Below, piece by piece: positions 20,573 to 30,326 of a stretch of DNA of 64,000 nt. Position 1 is the first letter of the stretch. Every line of letters begins with the position of its first letter. The stretch covers positions 3,808,001-3,872,000 of the forward strand of contig OZ242296.1 of assembly GCA_965207735.1 (NCBI GenBank), read 5' to 3'. Under the pieces are notes generated by a model. The model ran no database searches and was not told where the DNA came from. It was given only the letters and a program-made list of their open reading frames with translations. The stretch is from Candidatus Versatilivorator sp. Its GTDB lineage: Bacteria > Acidobacteriota > Terriglobia > Versatilivoradales > Versatilivoraceae. Made by a program: the position numbers and the translations under genes.

Positions 20573-22186
20573 ATGCAAAACAGATTTCTCGATCGCATCC
20601 CCACTCTTCTCCTTGTTTCGGTTTTGATCCTTGGCTGCTCCCTGACATTGCTGGCCAGGAAGAAGGGGGACAAACGGCGCGAAAAGTCTCTTCGAACCGA
20701 GACCTCCGACCGATACCTCAAGAAGTGGCTGGAGCAGGATGTCTTGTACATCATCACTCCCCAGGAGAAGACCGCCTTCGACCGGTTGCAAACGGACGAT
20801 GAGCGCTACCAGTTTGTGGAGCAGTTCTGGCTGCGAAGGGATCCCACTCCCGACACCATGGTCAACGAGACCCGCGATGAGCACTACCGGCGCATCGCCT
20901 ACGCCAACGAGCGGTTTCCCTCGGGCAAGCCCGGATGGAAGACCGATCGCGGCCGGATCTATATCACCTGGGGGCCTCCCGATTCCATCGAGACCTTTCA
21001 CGGTGGCGACATGACCCTTCGGGATTTCAATGAAGGGGGCGGGTGGTCGGTCAAATACCCACACATCAAGTGGCGCTACCGCCACATTCAAGGTCCCAGC
21101 CTCGGCGCCGAGGTCATCATCGAGTTTGTGGACCGTGGCTTGAGCGGGGAATACCGCATCGCCAGAGATCCTTTCGAAAAGGACGCCCTGGCCAATGCGC
21201 CCGGCTACGACATCGACCAGAAGCTGATCCTGGGCGGGGTGGAGCCGATCAGCCGCAACCGTTTGCCTGGAGGGCTGGATGTCAATCAATTCCACGCGCT
21301 CCAGAGCGAGAAGTTGATGGAGACGGTCGCCCTGGGGCAGGCTCCCAAGATCCGGTTCAAGGATCTGGAGACGGTGGTGGACACCAAGCTGTCCTACAAT
21401 CTCTTTCCCTTCGAGTTCAAGACGGACTACCTCAAGATCACCGACGATACCGTGCTGACGGCCATCACCGTGGCCATGAAGAACAGCGACATGACCTTCA
21501 AGCAGCAGGCGGGGGTCCACCAGGCCTCGGTCAACGTCTTCGGGCGCATCACCACCATCACTGGGCGCAGGGTGCACCTTTTCGAGGAACCCATCCGTCA
21601 GATGACCCCGGATTCCACCTACAAGGAAGCCCTGGAACGGACGTCTCTCTATCAGACCACCGTACCCCTGACCTCCGGCGTCTACAAGGTCGAATTGGTA
21701 TTGAAGGACATCAACAGCGGCGACGTCGGAACCGTCTACCGCAGCATTCGGGTTCCCAAGTTTCCCGAAGACCAGTTGGCCACCAGCAGCATCATCCTGG
21801 CGGACAGAATCGAGCCCCTGCCGGCTTATCAGGCCGCCGCCGGGCCCTTTGTACTGGGAGGCTCCAAGGTCTTCCCCAACGTGGCCGAGACCTTTCATCG
21901 AGCCGTGCCCATGCGCATTTACTTCCAGGTGTACAACCTGTCCGTGGACGAAGAGACTCAGAAGCCCTCGGCAACCATTGAATACATCCTGAAAAAGGGC
22001 GACCGGGAAATCCGCCGCTTCCGGGAGGGCAAGAGCGCAACGGAAGGCGCCCTGCGGCAGGTGACCCTGGCCAAGCTGTTTCCTCTGAACAACCTTCAAC
22101 CCGGCGACTACAGCCTGGTTCTGAACATCACCGATAACCTCGCCAACCGAACCGTATCGCCGGTGGCCAAGTTCAAGGTTCAGTAG
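20573..22186 (+). CDS. GWxTD domain-containing protein
   Basis: KWLEQDVLYIIT, FWLRRDPTPDT, GWKTDRGRIYITWGPPD. Confidence 0.92.
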   Translation: MQNRFLDRIPTLLLVSVLILGCSLTLLARKKGDKRREKSLRTETSDRYLKKWLEQDVLYIITPQEKTAFDRLQTDDERYQFVEQFWLRRDPTPDTMVNETRDEHYRRIAYANERFPSGKPGWKTDRGRIYITWGPPDSIETFHGGDMTLRDFNEGGGWSVKYPHIKWRYRHIQGPSLGAEVIIEFVDRGLSGEYRIARDPFEKDALANAPGYDIDQKLILGGVEPISRNRLPGGLDVNQFHALQSEKLMETVALGQAPKIRFKDLETVVDTKLSYNLFPFEFKTDYLKITDDTVLTAITVAMKNSDMTFKQQAGVHQASVNVFGRITTITGRRVHLFEEPIRQMTPDSTYKEALERTSLYQTTVPLTSGVYKVELVLKDINSGDVGTVYRSIRVPKFPEDQLATSSIILADRIEPLPAYQAAAGPFVLGGSKVFPNVAETFHRAVPMRIYFQVYNLSVDEETQKPSATIEYILKKGDREIRRFREGKSATEGALRQVTLAKLFPLNNLQPGDYSLVLNITDNLANRTVSPVAKFKVQ

Positions 22187-22335
22187 CTGTCCGAGCTTTG
22201 CCGCCAAGCTGCTGGAGAGTTCTTGTATCGGATGCGAGGTCGTGGCCGAATTTGGCCGCCCCACCTGCGCTTTGTCGGGGGTTTTCGGGTTCGGAATCGA
22301 AGCGCCGGACCTGATTTCGACTTGTGGGTGCTGAC

Positions 22336-25300
22336 ATGATCGCTACCGCCCATTCCCATTCATTAAGACAGAGCCTGAGTCTGGCAGGCCTGATCCTGCT
22401 GGCCTTGAGCCTGGGAGGTCCGGCCCGGTCCCAGCAAGCGGAGCCGGCTCAGGCCGATCCGGAAGGGGAATTCACCTTTCGCGTGCCGGTGGACGTGGTG
22501 GTGGTCAGGGCCATAGTCACCGATCGCGGCAAGCCGGTCACCGACCTCACCGCAGACGACTTTTCCGTCTTCGAGGACGGAAAGCCTCTTCCCATTCAAA
22601 GTTTCACCCGGGAGTCCTACGAGATTGTCCGATCGCATGAGCCTGAGAACGGCCGGCGGGAAGCGCTGGCCGCTGGAGCCGGTGCGGAGGCAACGCCGGC
22701 TCCGTCTGCCGGTCCCGCCTCGAGTCGGCCTCACTTCATCAGCCTGATGATCGACGACGTCACCTCGCCCTCCCACGGGGCCTTGAAGCGCACCGTGGAC
22801 GCCATCGAGAAGTTTGTGGAAGAACGCCTGCAGCCCGGCGACAGGGTGGCCCTGGTTACGGCCTCCGGCAAGTTTCATCAGCCCTTCACCGCCGACCGCG
22901 AGAGACTTCTCCAGGCGGTACGGCTCTTGCCCGGGAAGCTGAACCGCAGGCAACTGGTGAGATCCGACTGTCCGGCCATCAGCGATCTGCAGGCCCAGAG
23001 GATCTACAACGAAACCGATCCCCTGGCGCTGGAGACGGCCATTTCGGAGAAACTCTACTGCAATCAAATGGCTGCAGGGGGAGTCTTTGGCTCCAGCCAG
23101 GGGGGCGCCGACCAGAATCCCCGGGCATTCAGAGACACCAACCTGCTGAACTTCAACCTGACCCAGGGCAACTCGGAACAGCGGCAGCACGCCGAGGTGA
23201 TGGTCCGCGCCCAAGCCTCCCGCATCCACCGGGAGAACGACTACTGGAGCCGCAGCCTGCTGCACACGCTTCAACAGCATCTTGGCGCGCTCCAGCACTT
23301 CGAGGGCAGAAAGAGCCTGGTGCTGGTCTCCGACGGTTTTCTTGCCCAGCAACTCCGTTACGAAATGCAGGGCGTGGTTCATTCCGCGCTTCGCTCGGGG
23401 ACCATCTTGAGCACGGTCGACATGCGGGGGCTCTATACCACTTCCTACCGCGCTTCGGAAGTGGCTGCCCTGGCTACCGAGGCCACCCTGTCCCAGATGT
23501 CCATGCGGGTGGAGAATATGCGTGTGCAGTCCCAGCCCCTGGCCCAATTGGCCCTGGAAACGGGCGGGGTCCATTTCCGCAACAACAACGATCTCTTCGG
23601 CGGGCTGAAGCAGATTGCCGACAGCCAGTCCTTCTATTACGTGCTGACCTATGCCTCTCCGGCCACCGAATCGGACGGACGCTACCACCGGATCGAGGTC
23701 AAGGTCTCGCGTCCCGGTCTCAAGGTGACCCACCGCAAGGGCTACTATGCGCCCAGAGAGGACCCGACCTATATCGCACTCAAGAAAAGGGAAATTCTGG
23801 ATGCCATGCGGGCTCCCGGAAATCTGAACGAGGTTCCCATCCGCCTCTCCTACAACGCCTTCCCCGTCGGCGAGGACCGCTACCGGGTCGACGTCCTTAC
23901 CCGCATCGACTTCGGCCGGCTGCCCTTCCTGGAAGAGAAGGACCGCCAGACCAACCTGCTCCATCTGGTCACGGCGGCCTACGGGGAGAAGGGCGGTTAC
24001 CTTGGGGGGCAGGAGAAGCAGTTGGACTTGAGATTGACCCGGTCGGGCCGGCAGGAACTGGCGTCCCTGGGGGCGACTTCCAAATTCACCCTGGAAGCGC
24101 CGCCCGGGGAGCATGAGCTCAAGGCGGTGGTGCGCGAGAGTGTGGAGGCCATCATCGGCTCCGTCCAGGAAAGGATCGTACTGGCGAAACGCCTCCCTGC
24201 CGGGAAGCCCTCCGGCCCCAAGTACCGCCTGCTGGCTGCGCTGGCGGCTCCGCCTACTTCCTCCGCAATCCCGCTGAGCTTCACCACCTACACCTTCTAC
24301 CCGGAGCCCGACCAGGCTCTGGTTCGCTTTTCGGCCGAGGCGCGGCTGCCCGAGAACGGGGCCCCCGGCGCTTCGATGACGGAGCCGCTGCAAATTCTGG
24401 GAATGGCCCTGAGGGAGGATGGAGAAATCGCTTCCCTGTTTGGCAGCTCGGCCGGGGCTGACGATTCAGGCGGGAAAGTGAGGTTCGGCGGCCGGATGAA
24501 ATTGCCCCCGGGGCGTTACCGCATGAAGCTGGCCGTGGCCGATATTAGCGGAAGAGTGGGCGCCGCCGAGGACGAGCTGATCATACCGGCGCTGCCGGAG
24601 GATCGGCTGGCCACCAGCAGCCTGGTCACTACCCTGGAAATGCAGCCCTTTCCGCCCTCCGTGTTTGCGGTGCAGGCCAAGTTGAGCGACGAATTGGACC
24701 CTTTCATCCACCAGGGCCTCCAAATCCGGGCCCCGGCCTTGCGCCGTTTCAACCGTGGCCAACCGCTGATTGTCTTCTACAGGATTTACAACCTTGCGGC
24801 GGAAGACGGTCAAAGCCCCTTGATGGCCAGGGTCTCCCTGGATGGGGCAAGCGGAGGCTCCAAGGAGTTTCCACCGGTCCTGCTCAACAAGGGAGTGGAA
24901 GCCGCTACCCGGGGAGAAGCCGGTGTGGCTTTCCAACTTCCCACCGGAGACCTGGAGCCGGGCAAGTATTCTCTCGCGGTGGAAACGCGGAACGCTTCGG
25001 GCTCCCGAAGCGTCCTGACCCGTTTGGAGACTATCGAGGTTCTGCCGGGGAGAGTCGAGGCGGTTGCTTCCGTCCCGGAAGGGAACGGATCGACGGCTGG
25101 GAGCGCCGGCCTGAATCTGCCCAAACCGGGTGACAAGGACACACAGGAGGAGGTCGATTTGATGGCCATCGCCGGCGCCGAGGACCCGGCCCGGCAGGTG
25201 GGCTTGATCGAAGCCTTCCTGGCGCGGCATCGCGAGTCCGAACGGGGTCGAGAGCTGCGCCGCCAGGCCACTTGGCTCTACTGGCAGCTCAACCATTTTC

Positions 25301-25884
25301 AAAAGGCCATTGAGCATGGTGAGACCAGCTTGTCGGAATCTCCCTCCGATCCCCAGATCCTGACCATCCTGGCAACCGCCTATCACGCGCTGGATGAGCC
25401 TGCCAAGGCCATCCGCCGGGCCTCCAGGGCCGTTCGAAACCTGCGAGGCCTGGAACGCCCCGGCCATATGGACCAGGAGCGCTGGCAGTCCCGGATCGAC
25501 GGTCTCATGTCCCAGAACTACGCCTACATGGGGAGCTCCTACCTGTCGCAGTACGAGGCGGACCGGCGCGACGCCTCCAACCGGAATGCCGGGCTCAACC
25601 TTCAAAAAGCCCACCTCTACTCCTCCCGGGCGGTCGAGTTGGCTCCCCGCTCCGACTTCGCCCAGTTCCAGCTTGGCATCGTCTTCTGCGCCAGAAATCA
25701 GGTCGTGGAGGCCGTCGAGCCCCTGGCCAAGGCCGTGGTTCTCAACGGCCGCTTCGGCGAGATCGCTCGCGAGAACCTGGAATTGGTTTACCGGGCGATT
25801 CACCAAGGGTCTCTGGATGGCTTGGAGGATCTGCTGGCCCAGGCCAGGCTCGATCTGGCCAACGGCAAGCCCTCCTCCCTCTGA
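22336..25884 (+). CDS. Acidobacterial-type VWA domain protein with beta-sandwich and C-terminal TPR regions
   Basis: FRVPVDVVVV..VTD.GKPVTDL...DF.VFEDG, GRKSLVLVSDGF, LALETGG, YYVLTY, RKGYYAP. Confidence 0.85.
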   Translation: MIATAHSHSLRQSLSLAGLILLALSLGGPARSQQAEPAQADPEGEFTFRVPVDVVVVRAIVTDRGKPVTDLTADDFSVFEDGKPLPIQSFTRESYEIVRSHEPENGRREALAAGAGAEATPAPSAGPASSRPHFISLMIDDVTSPSHGALKRTVDAIEKFVEERLQPGDRVALVTASGKFHQPFTADRERLLQAVRLLPGKLNRRQLVRSDCPAISDLQAQRIYNETDPLALETAISEKLYCNQMAAGGVFGSSQGGADQNPRAFRDTNLLNFNLTQGNSEQRQHAEVMVRAQASRIHRENDYWSRSLLHTLQQHLGALQHFEGRKSLVLVSDGFLAQQLRYEMQGVVHSALRSGTILSTVDMRGLYTTSYRASEVAALATEATLSQMSMRVENMRVQSQPLAQLALETGGVHFRNNNDLFGGLKQIADSQSFYYVLTYASPATESDGRYHRIEVKVSRPGLKVTHRKGYYAPREDPTYIALKKREILDAMRAPGNLNEVPIRLSYNAFPVGEDRYRVDVLTRIDFGRLPFLEEKDRQTNLLHLVTAAYGEKGGYLGGQEKQLDLRLTRSGRQELASLGATSKFTLEAPPGEHELKAVVRESVEAIIGSVQERIVLAKRLPAGKPSGPKYRLLAALAAPPTSSAIPLSFTTYTFYPEPDQALVRFSAEARLPENGAPGASMTEPLQILGMALREDGEIASLFGSSAGADDSGGKVRFGGRMKLPPGRYRMKLAVADISGRVGAAEDELIIPALPEDRLATSSLVTTLEMQPFPPSVFAVQAKLSDELDPFIHQGLQIRAPALRRFNRGQPLIVFYRIYNLAAEDGQSPLMARVSLDGASGGSKEFPPVLLNKGVEAATRGEAGVAFQLPTGDLEPGKYSLAVETRNASGSRSVLTRLETIEVLPGRVEAVASVPEGNGSTAGSAGLNLPKPGDKDTQEEVDLMAIAGAEDPARQVGLIEAFLARHRESERGRELRRQATWLYWQLNHFQKAIEHGETSLSESPSDPQILTILATAYHALDEPAKAIRRASRAVRNLRGLERPGHMDQERWQSRIDGLMSQNYAYMGSSYLSQYEADRRDASNRNAGLNLQKAHLYSSRAVELAPRSDFAQFQLGIVFCARNQVVEAVEPLAKAVVLNGRFGEIARENLELVYRAIHQGSLDGLEDLLAQARLDLANGKPSSL

Positions 25885-25919
25885 CGGAATCTGCACCTGG
25901 CTGGCCAAGGATTTCCTCC

Positions 25920-26587
25920 CGCGACGCCGCGTTTGCCCCCCTCCGGATCGACTGCGGGCTGCGCCCTTGTCTCTCCGACTCCCCCTCAAGGGGGGAGTGA
26001 TACTTGAGGCCTGCACGGGGCTTCTTGCCCAATTCCGGGGCAGGATGTAAACCATGATTGCGGTTTAATGTGTGGACGATGCCCCCCCGGGAGCGCGGGC
26101 GTCCCGCCCGCATCCTTATTCCTGCAATCAGCCCGCGGTCCATGGCACTTCCCTACAGGGAGAGCACCACCGGGGACGCTGTTGAACACAAGCAATTCGG
26201 GAGCGCCCGATCAAAGTTATTCCAGTAATTCAACAACGTCCCCTACTCTCACCCTCGCGACGCCGCGTTTGCCCCCCTCCGGATCGACTGCGGGCTTCGC
26301 CCTTGTCTCTCCGACTTCCCCTCAAGGGGGGAGTGATACTTGAGCGCTGAACCAGGCTCATTGCCCGATTCCCGGGCAGGATGTAAACCATGTTTGCGGT
26401 TTAATGTGTGGACGATGCCCCCCGGGAGCGCGGGCGTCCCGCCCGCATCCTTATTCCTGCAATCAGCCCGCGGTCCATGGCACTTCCCTACAGGGAGAGC
26501 ACCACCGGGGACGCTGTTGAACACAAGCAATTCGGGAGCGCCCGATCAAAGTTATTCCAGTAATTCAACAACGTCCCCTACTCTCAC
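25920..26587. repeat. Tandem duplication of a ~335-bp non-coding unit built from REP-like modules
   Basis: Units start at 25920 and 26256; contain cccctcaagggggga and cccgggagcgcgggcgtcccgcccgcat. Confidence 0.9.
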
Positions 26588-26658
26588 TCCGACACTGCCG
26601 GGAGAGAGGTGCTTTTTTGTATTGAGATAGTGCCCCGGGTGGCAGTCCGGGATTTCCA

Positions 26659-26752
26659 GTCGAGCCGCGAAGCGGCGGCAGCAGGTAGCCGTGGGCGTAA
26701 GCCCATGGGAAAGATGGGCATAGTTGTCGAGCCGCGAAGGCGGCGGCAGCAA
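26659..26752 (+). repeat. REP-like palindromic doublet
   Basis: gagccgcgaagcggcggcagc...agccgtgggcgtaagcccatgg...gagccgcgaaggcggcggcagc. Confidence 0.75.
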
Positions 26753-27060
26753 TCCTCCGTGACATTCGATCCATAGCACGCCCGGGCACGCCATCGCCGC
26801 CTGAACGCTGAAGGCTCCCCCAATGAGCGCTGAAATGTTTCCTCCTCGGCGACCGCTTTAATCCTTCTGGGAACACGTCGAAACCGGACATTCGTGATCG
26901 TCTCACTATATTGACGTACAGTCGGCGGGTCCACCGGTCTTGATTTTGAGACAGATAGGGCTCCATAATCGAGACAGTTGGGGAACTGCTGCCGGTTCAC
27001 ACCGACGGAGCATCTATTCGAGAAAGGCCCTTCCCAGCCGCAGTGTCGTGGTTTAGGGAA

Positions 27061-27210
27061 GAGCGGCGTAGCCGCGGTTTAGGGGCGTCAATTGAGGGCG
27101 CGTCTCCTTCAGGCCTTCCTTATAGAGCAGCGTAGCTGCGGCTCAGGGTAGACCCGGGCGCCAGCCCGGGGTCGTGTGACCCGGCGCTACCGCAGCCGCG
27201 AAGGCGGCGG
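27061..27210 (+). repeat. REP-like palindrome cluster
   Basis: gagcggcgtagccgcgg, gagcagcgtagctgcgg, cccgggcgccagcccggg, agccgcgaaggcggcgg. Confidence 0.6.
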
Positions 27211-27326
27211 ATTAGTGGCGCCGTCCCGGAATGCGCTCCCCTTTCCGACTAATGGCCATGAAACCTCAGAAGGACAAATTGATGCCCGGCACTTCCCACG
27301 CTCGTTCCCGTGCGGCAGGTTTCGTC

Positions 27327-29459
27327 ATGAGGTCTCCAATTCCGGCCGCGATACTTCTCGGACTTGTGTGCCTACTCTTTTCCGGCGGCCCACTGCAAGC
27401 CCAATCCCCCGACTACCTGGAAGCCCGACAGAAGTACGAGAGGAAGGAATATCTGGCTGCCATGCTGCCGGCCCAGAAGGCGGTTGAAGAGAATGGGGGC
27501 AATGCCGCGTACCGGCATCTGTACGGAGCCATCCTGCTGAAGCTCAAACAGTATTCCGAGGCTGAAGAGCACCTTCGCCAAGCAGTGGCGCTGGACCCTC
27601 AAAACGGCCTATACCGGTCCACCCTGGAGGAACTGCTGGGCAAGCGAAAGGCTGCGGCGAGACCCATCCGTTCCCTGGTCGGCGACACGGACGAACGGGA
27701 GCAGGTCACCCTGTGGTGGGAAGACCTGCCGGAGAACGTTCGCACCGATTTCCGGGCCACCGGCAGCCGGAGCAACATCCATCCGGAGGACTATGTCGGG
27801 CCGGATGCCTGCAAGAGCTGTCACCAGGAGCAGTACCAGTCCTGGTCCCGGCACGCCCATCGCTGGATGAACGCGCTGGCCGACGATTCCACCGTCAAAG
27901 GAGATTTCTCCGGCCAGGCCGAGATTTCCTATCTCGGTGGGAATGCAGTCTTTTATAAGGAAGGCGGCCACTACAAGATGCGGCTGCAGCGGGGCGAAGT
28001 CCGCCGCGTCTACCAGGTGAATCAGACCATCGGGTCGCGCTTCTTCCAGTATTACATCGGCAAGCAGACCGAGGGCCCCGAGCCGCGCGACCATCTCTTC
28101 TATCGTCAGGATCACGTGCTGTTCTTCGGCTACTGGCTGGAGCAGCGGCAGTGGGTGCCCATTGTCCACGTGGGTCCCGAGGTGCCCGACGGGGAAAGAC
28201 CCGACCCCTTCGATCCGCCCACCTCCCAGCCCTTTCTGGCCCGCTACTCCAGCCGCTGCAACTTTTGTCACACCACTTTCCCGCTGGGAGACATGCTGGC
28301 CCGCAATCCCTCCCGCATGGCACGCCACGTTCCGGTTCCTCTGCACTTCGCCCTGGGCCACTATCTGGATCAGAACCAGTCGGGCATCGTGGAATTCCTC
28401 CAAAGTCCCGCCGAAGCCAGCGACGAAGACATTCTGCATATTCGGCAGGAGCTGGTTAAGCTGGAGGCGCCGCTGCATGCGGCCACCTTGGGGGTAAGTT
28501 GTGAAGCCTGCCATCTGGGTGGCAGGGAACACGTGGCCTCCGGGGGCAAGGAACCTCCCGGTTTTTTCCCTTCCAGCCCCTACCTGTTCGTGGATACTCG
28601 CGAGAGGGACATCTCCTTCGATCGGACCCACGACAACCTCAACTGGGCCTGCGGCCGCTGCCACGTGGGGACCAGGCCAACCTACGCCAACGGGGTCTCC
28701 ACCTGGAATTCAACCGAGTACAGCGACGCTGTTCAAGGCGGCTGCTTCTCTCAGCTTCGCTGCATCGATTGCCACAATCCCCACGAAACCATTGGTCCTC
28801 GCTGGTCCAGGCCGCCCGACGAGGATGACCGGCTGTGTCTCAGGTGTCACCAGCAATTCGAGCCGGCGCAGGCCAGGCGGAACCATACCCACCATCCTGC
28901 CGGCAGCAGCGGAGCCCGCTGCATGAACTGCCACCGACCCCGAATCAACGAAGGCATCCAGGACCTGGTGCGGACCCACACCATCTTCTCTCCCACCGAC
29001 AAGGCCATGATTGAAGCCAACCACCCCAACGCCTGCAACATGTGCCACACCGACCGGGCCATCGACTGGACGGTGGGCTATCTGAAGGAATGGTACGGCG
29101 CCGAGTACTCCGAAGAGAAGCTGGCGGAGTATTACCCCGACCGGGTGCGGCCGGCGGCGCTGGGCTGGCTGCAGAGCCAGTCGCCGGCAGTCCGCCTGGT
29201 GGGGGCCGACGTCCTTAGCCGCACCGGCGCCGGGTGGGCGCTGCCGGAATTGATCGGAGTGCTGGATGATCCTTATCTGATCAACCGCCAGTTTACCCGG
29301 AGGTGGCTCGACAAGATGCTGGAAGTGCGCCTGAAGGATTTCGGATACCGGTTCTACATGACCCCGGAGGAGCGCCGGGGACCCATAGCCAAGATTCGGG
29401 CCGAACTGTGGCATCGAAAGCGGGCCCTGGCCCAGGGCGGCTCCAGCCCCACGCCCTGA
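27327..29459 (+). CDS. TPR + octaheme c-type cytochrome + HEAT-like fusion protein
   Basis: Signal peptide, N-terminal TPR module, eight CxxCH (CKSCH, CNFCH, CEACH, CGRCH, CIDCH, CLRCH, CMNCH, CNMCH), LDDPYLINR. Confidence 0.9.
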   Translation: MRSPIPAAILLGLVCLLFSGGPLQAQSPDYLEARQKYERKEYLAAMLPAQKAVEENGGNAAYRHLYGAILLKLKQYSEAEEHLRQAVALDPQNGLYRSTLEELLGKRKAAARPIRSLVGDTDEREQVTLWWEDLPENVRTDFRATGSRSNIHPEDYVGPDACKSCHQEQYQSWSRHAHRWMNALADDSTVKGDFSGQAEISYLGGNAVFYKEGGHYKMRLQRGEVRRVYQVNQTIGSRFFQYYIGKQTEGPEPRDHLFYRQDHVLFFGYWLEQRQWVPIVHVGPEVPDGERPDPFDPPTSQPFLARYSSRCNFCHTTFPLGDMLARNPSRMARHVPVPLHFALGHYLDQNQSGIVEFLQSPAEASDEDILHIRQELVKLEAPLHAATLGVSCEACHLGGREHVASGGKEPPGFFPSSPYLFVDTRERDISFDRTHDNLNWACGRCHVGTRPTYANGVSTWNSTEYSDAVQGGCFSQLRCIDCHNPHETIGPRWSRPPDEDDRLCLRCHQQFEPAQARRNHTHHPAGSSGARCMNCHRPRINEGIQDLVRTHTIFSPTDKAMIEANHPNACNMCHTDRAIDWTVGYLKEWYGAEYSEEKLAEYYPDRVRPAALGWLQSQSPAVRLVGADVLSRTGAGWALPELIGVLDDPYLINRQFTRRWLDKMLEVRLKDFGYRFYMTPEERRGPIAKIRAELWHRKRALAQGGSSPTP

Positions 29460-29547
29460 ACACTCGACGGACTTTCCACGACCAGCCAAAAGAGTAATCC
29501 ACCAAGGGTACGAAGGACCACCAAGTGCCACCAAGCGGGACGGCTTC

Positions 29548-29763
29548 GCCCACCCGGGAGCGCGGGCGTCCCGCCCGCATCCTCTTCCTTTGCCTGCCGC
29601 TCGGTTTCCCTGCCATGCGGCAGCCGTCCTTCCTGCCAGCCTGAACCGCATGGGCCAGGCCGAAGCAGAGTCCTGTCGCCGCTGCCGGTCGAGCCGGGTG
29701 GAGGAGATGGGCGAAGCTGTGCCGGGATTTGTGCGGGCGGGACGCCCGCGCTCCCGGGTGGGC
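29548..29763. repeat. 216-bp element bounded by a perfect 32-bp inverted repeat (REP doublet/REPIN-like)
   Basis: gcccacccgggagcgcgggcgtcccgcccgca (29548-29579) and its exact reverse complement (29732-29763). Confidence 0.85.
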
Positions 29764-30191
29764 TTCATCCCATGATGCCGTTGCACCGAGGGAACGACAT
29801 TCTCGAAGCATTGGGGCGCCACTCGCCATTGAAGGAATTCCATCGGTCTTCGAGGGACGGTCCCTACCCGCTCAGATTGCGGAGAATGGGTTTGAAGATG
29901 CGGGGAAAACAGGCGTAATCTACGCATGAAGTGCGTAGAATGGCTCGGTATCTCTACCAACTCACAGAATGGCCCAAATTTACATGGGACTAATGATACC
30001 TTGGCTGTCCCTTTGGCGGACCCGGGCATTCCTGTCTCGACATCTGAAGGCTTCCGATATTTCGTATCACAATCCGAAATATCAATCGGGGGAGCCTTTC
30101 GGCGAGCATTTCAGGAATCCGAAGCCCCTGGGATGCTTCTGCAACTTACTTACAATAAATGCCTTAAAAAATATTGCCAAGGACGGGAAGT

Positions 30192-30208
30192 TTGGCAGCC
30201 TAGTTGCA
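30192..30208 (+). promoter_or_regulatory. Sigma-54 (-24/-12) promoter
   Basis: TTGGCAGCCTAGTTGCA = GG-N10-GC, close to consensus TGGCACG-N4-TTGCW; ~120 bp upstream of the TonB receptor in an AT-rich region. Confidence 0.65.
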
Positions 30209-30326
30209 ACTTACGCGCACGTGAAGTTAATTTGTCTGGTCGGCTTCCAGGTTTGATTCGCAACCGGTTCTTGCAAGTCGGTTGGTTTTCAACTTGGAGC
30301 CTCATTAAAACAAGGAGATTTCGCTA

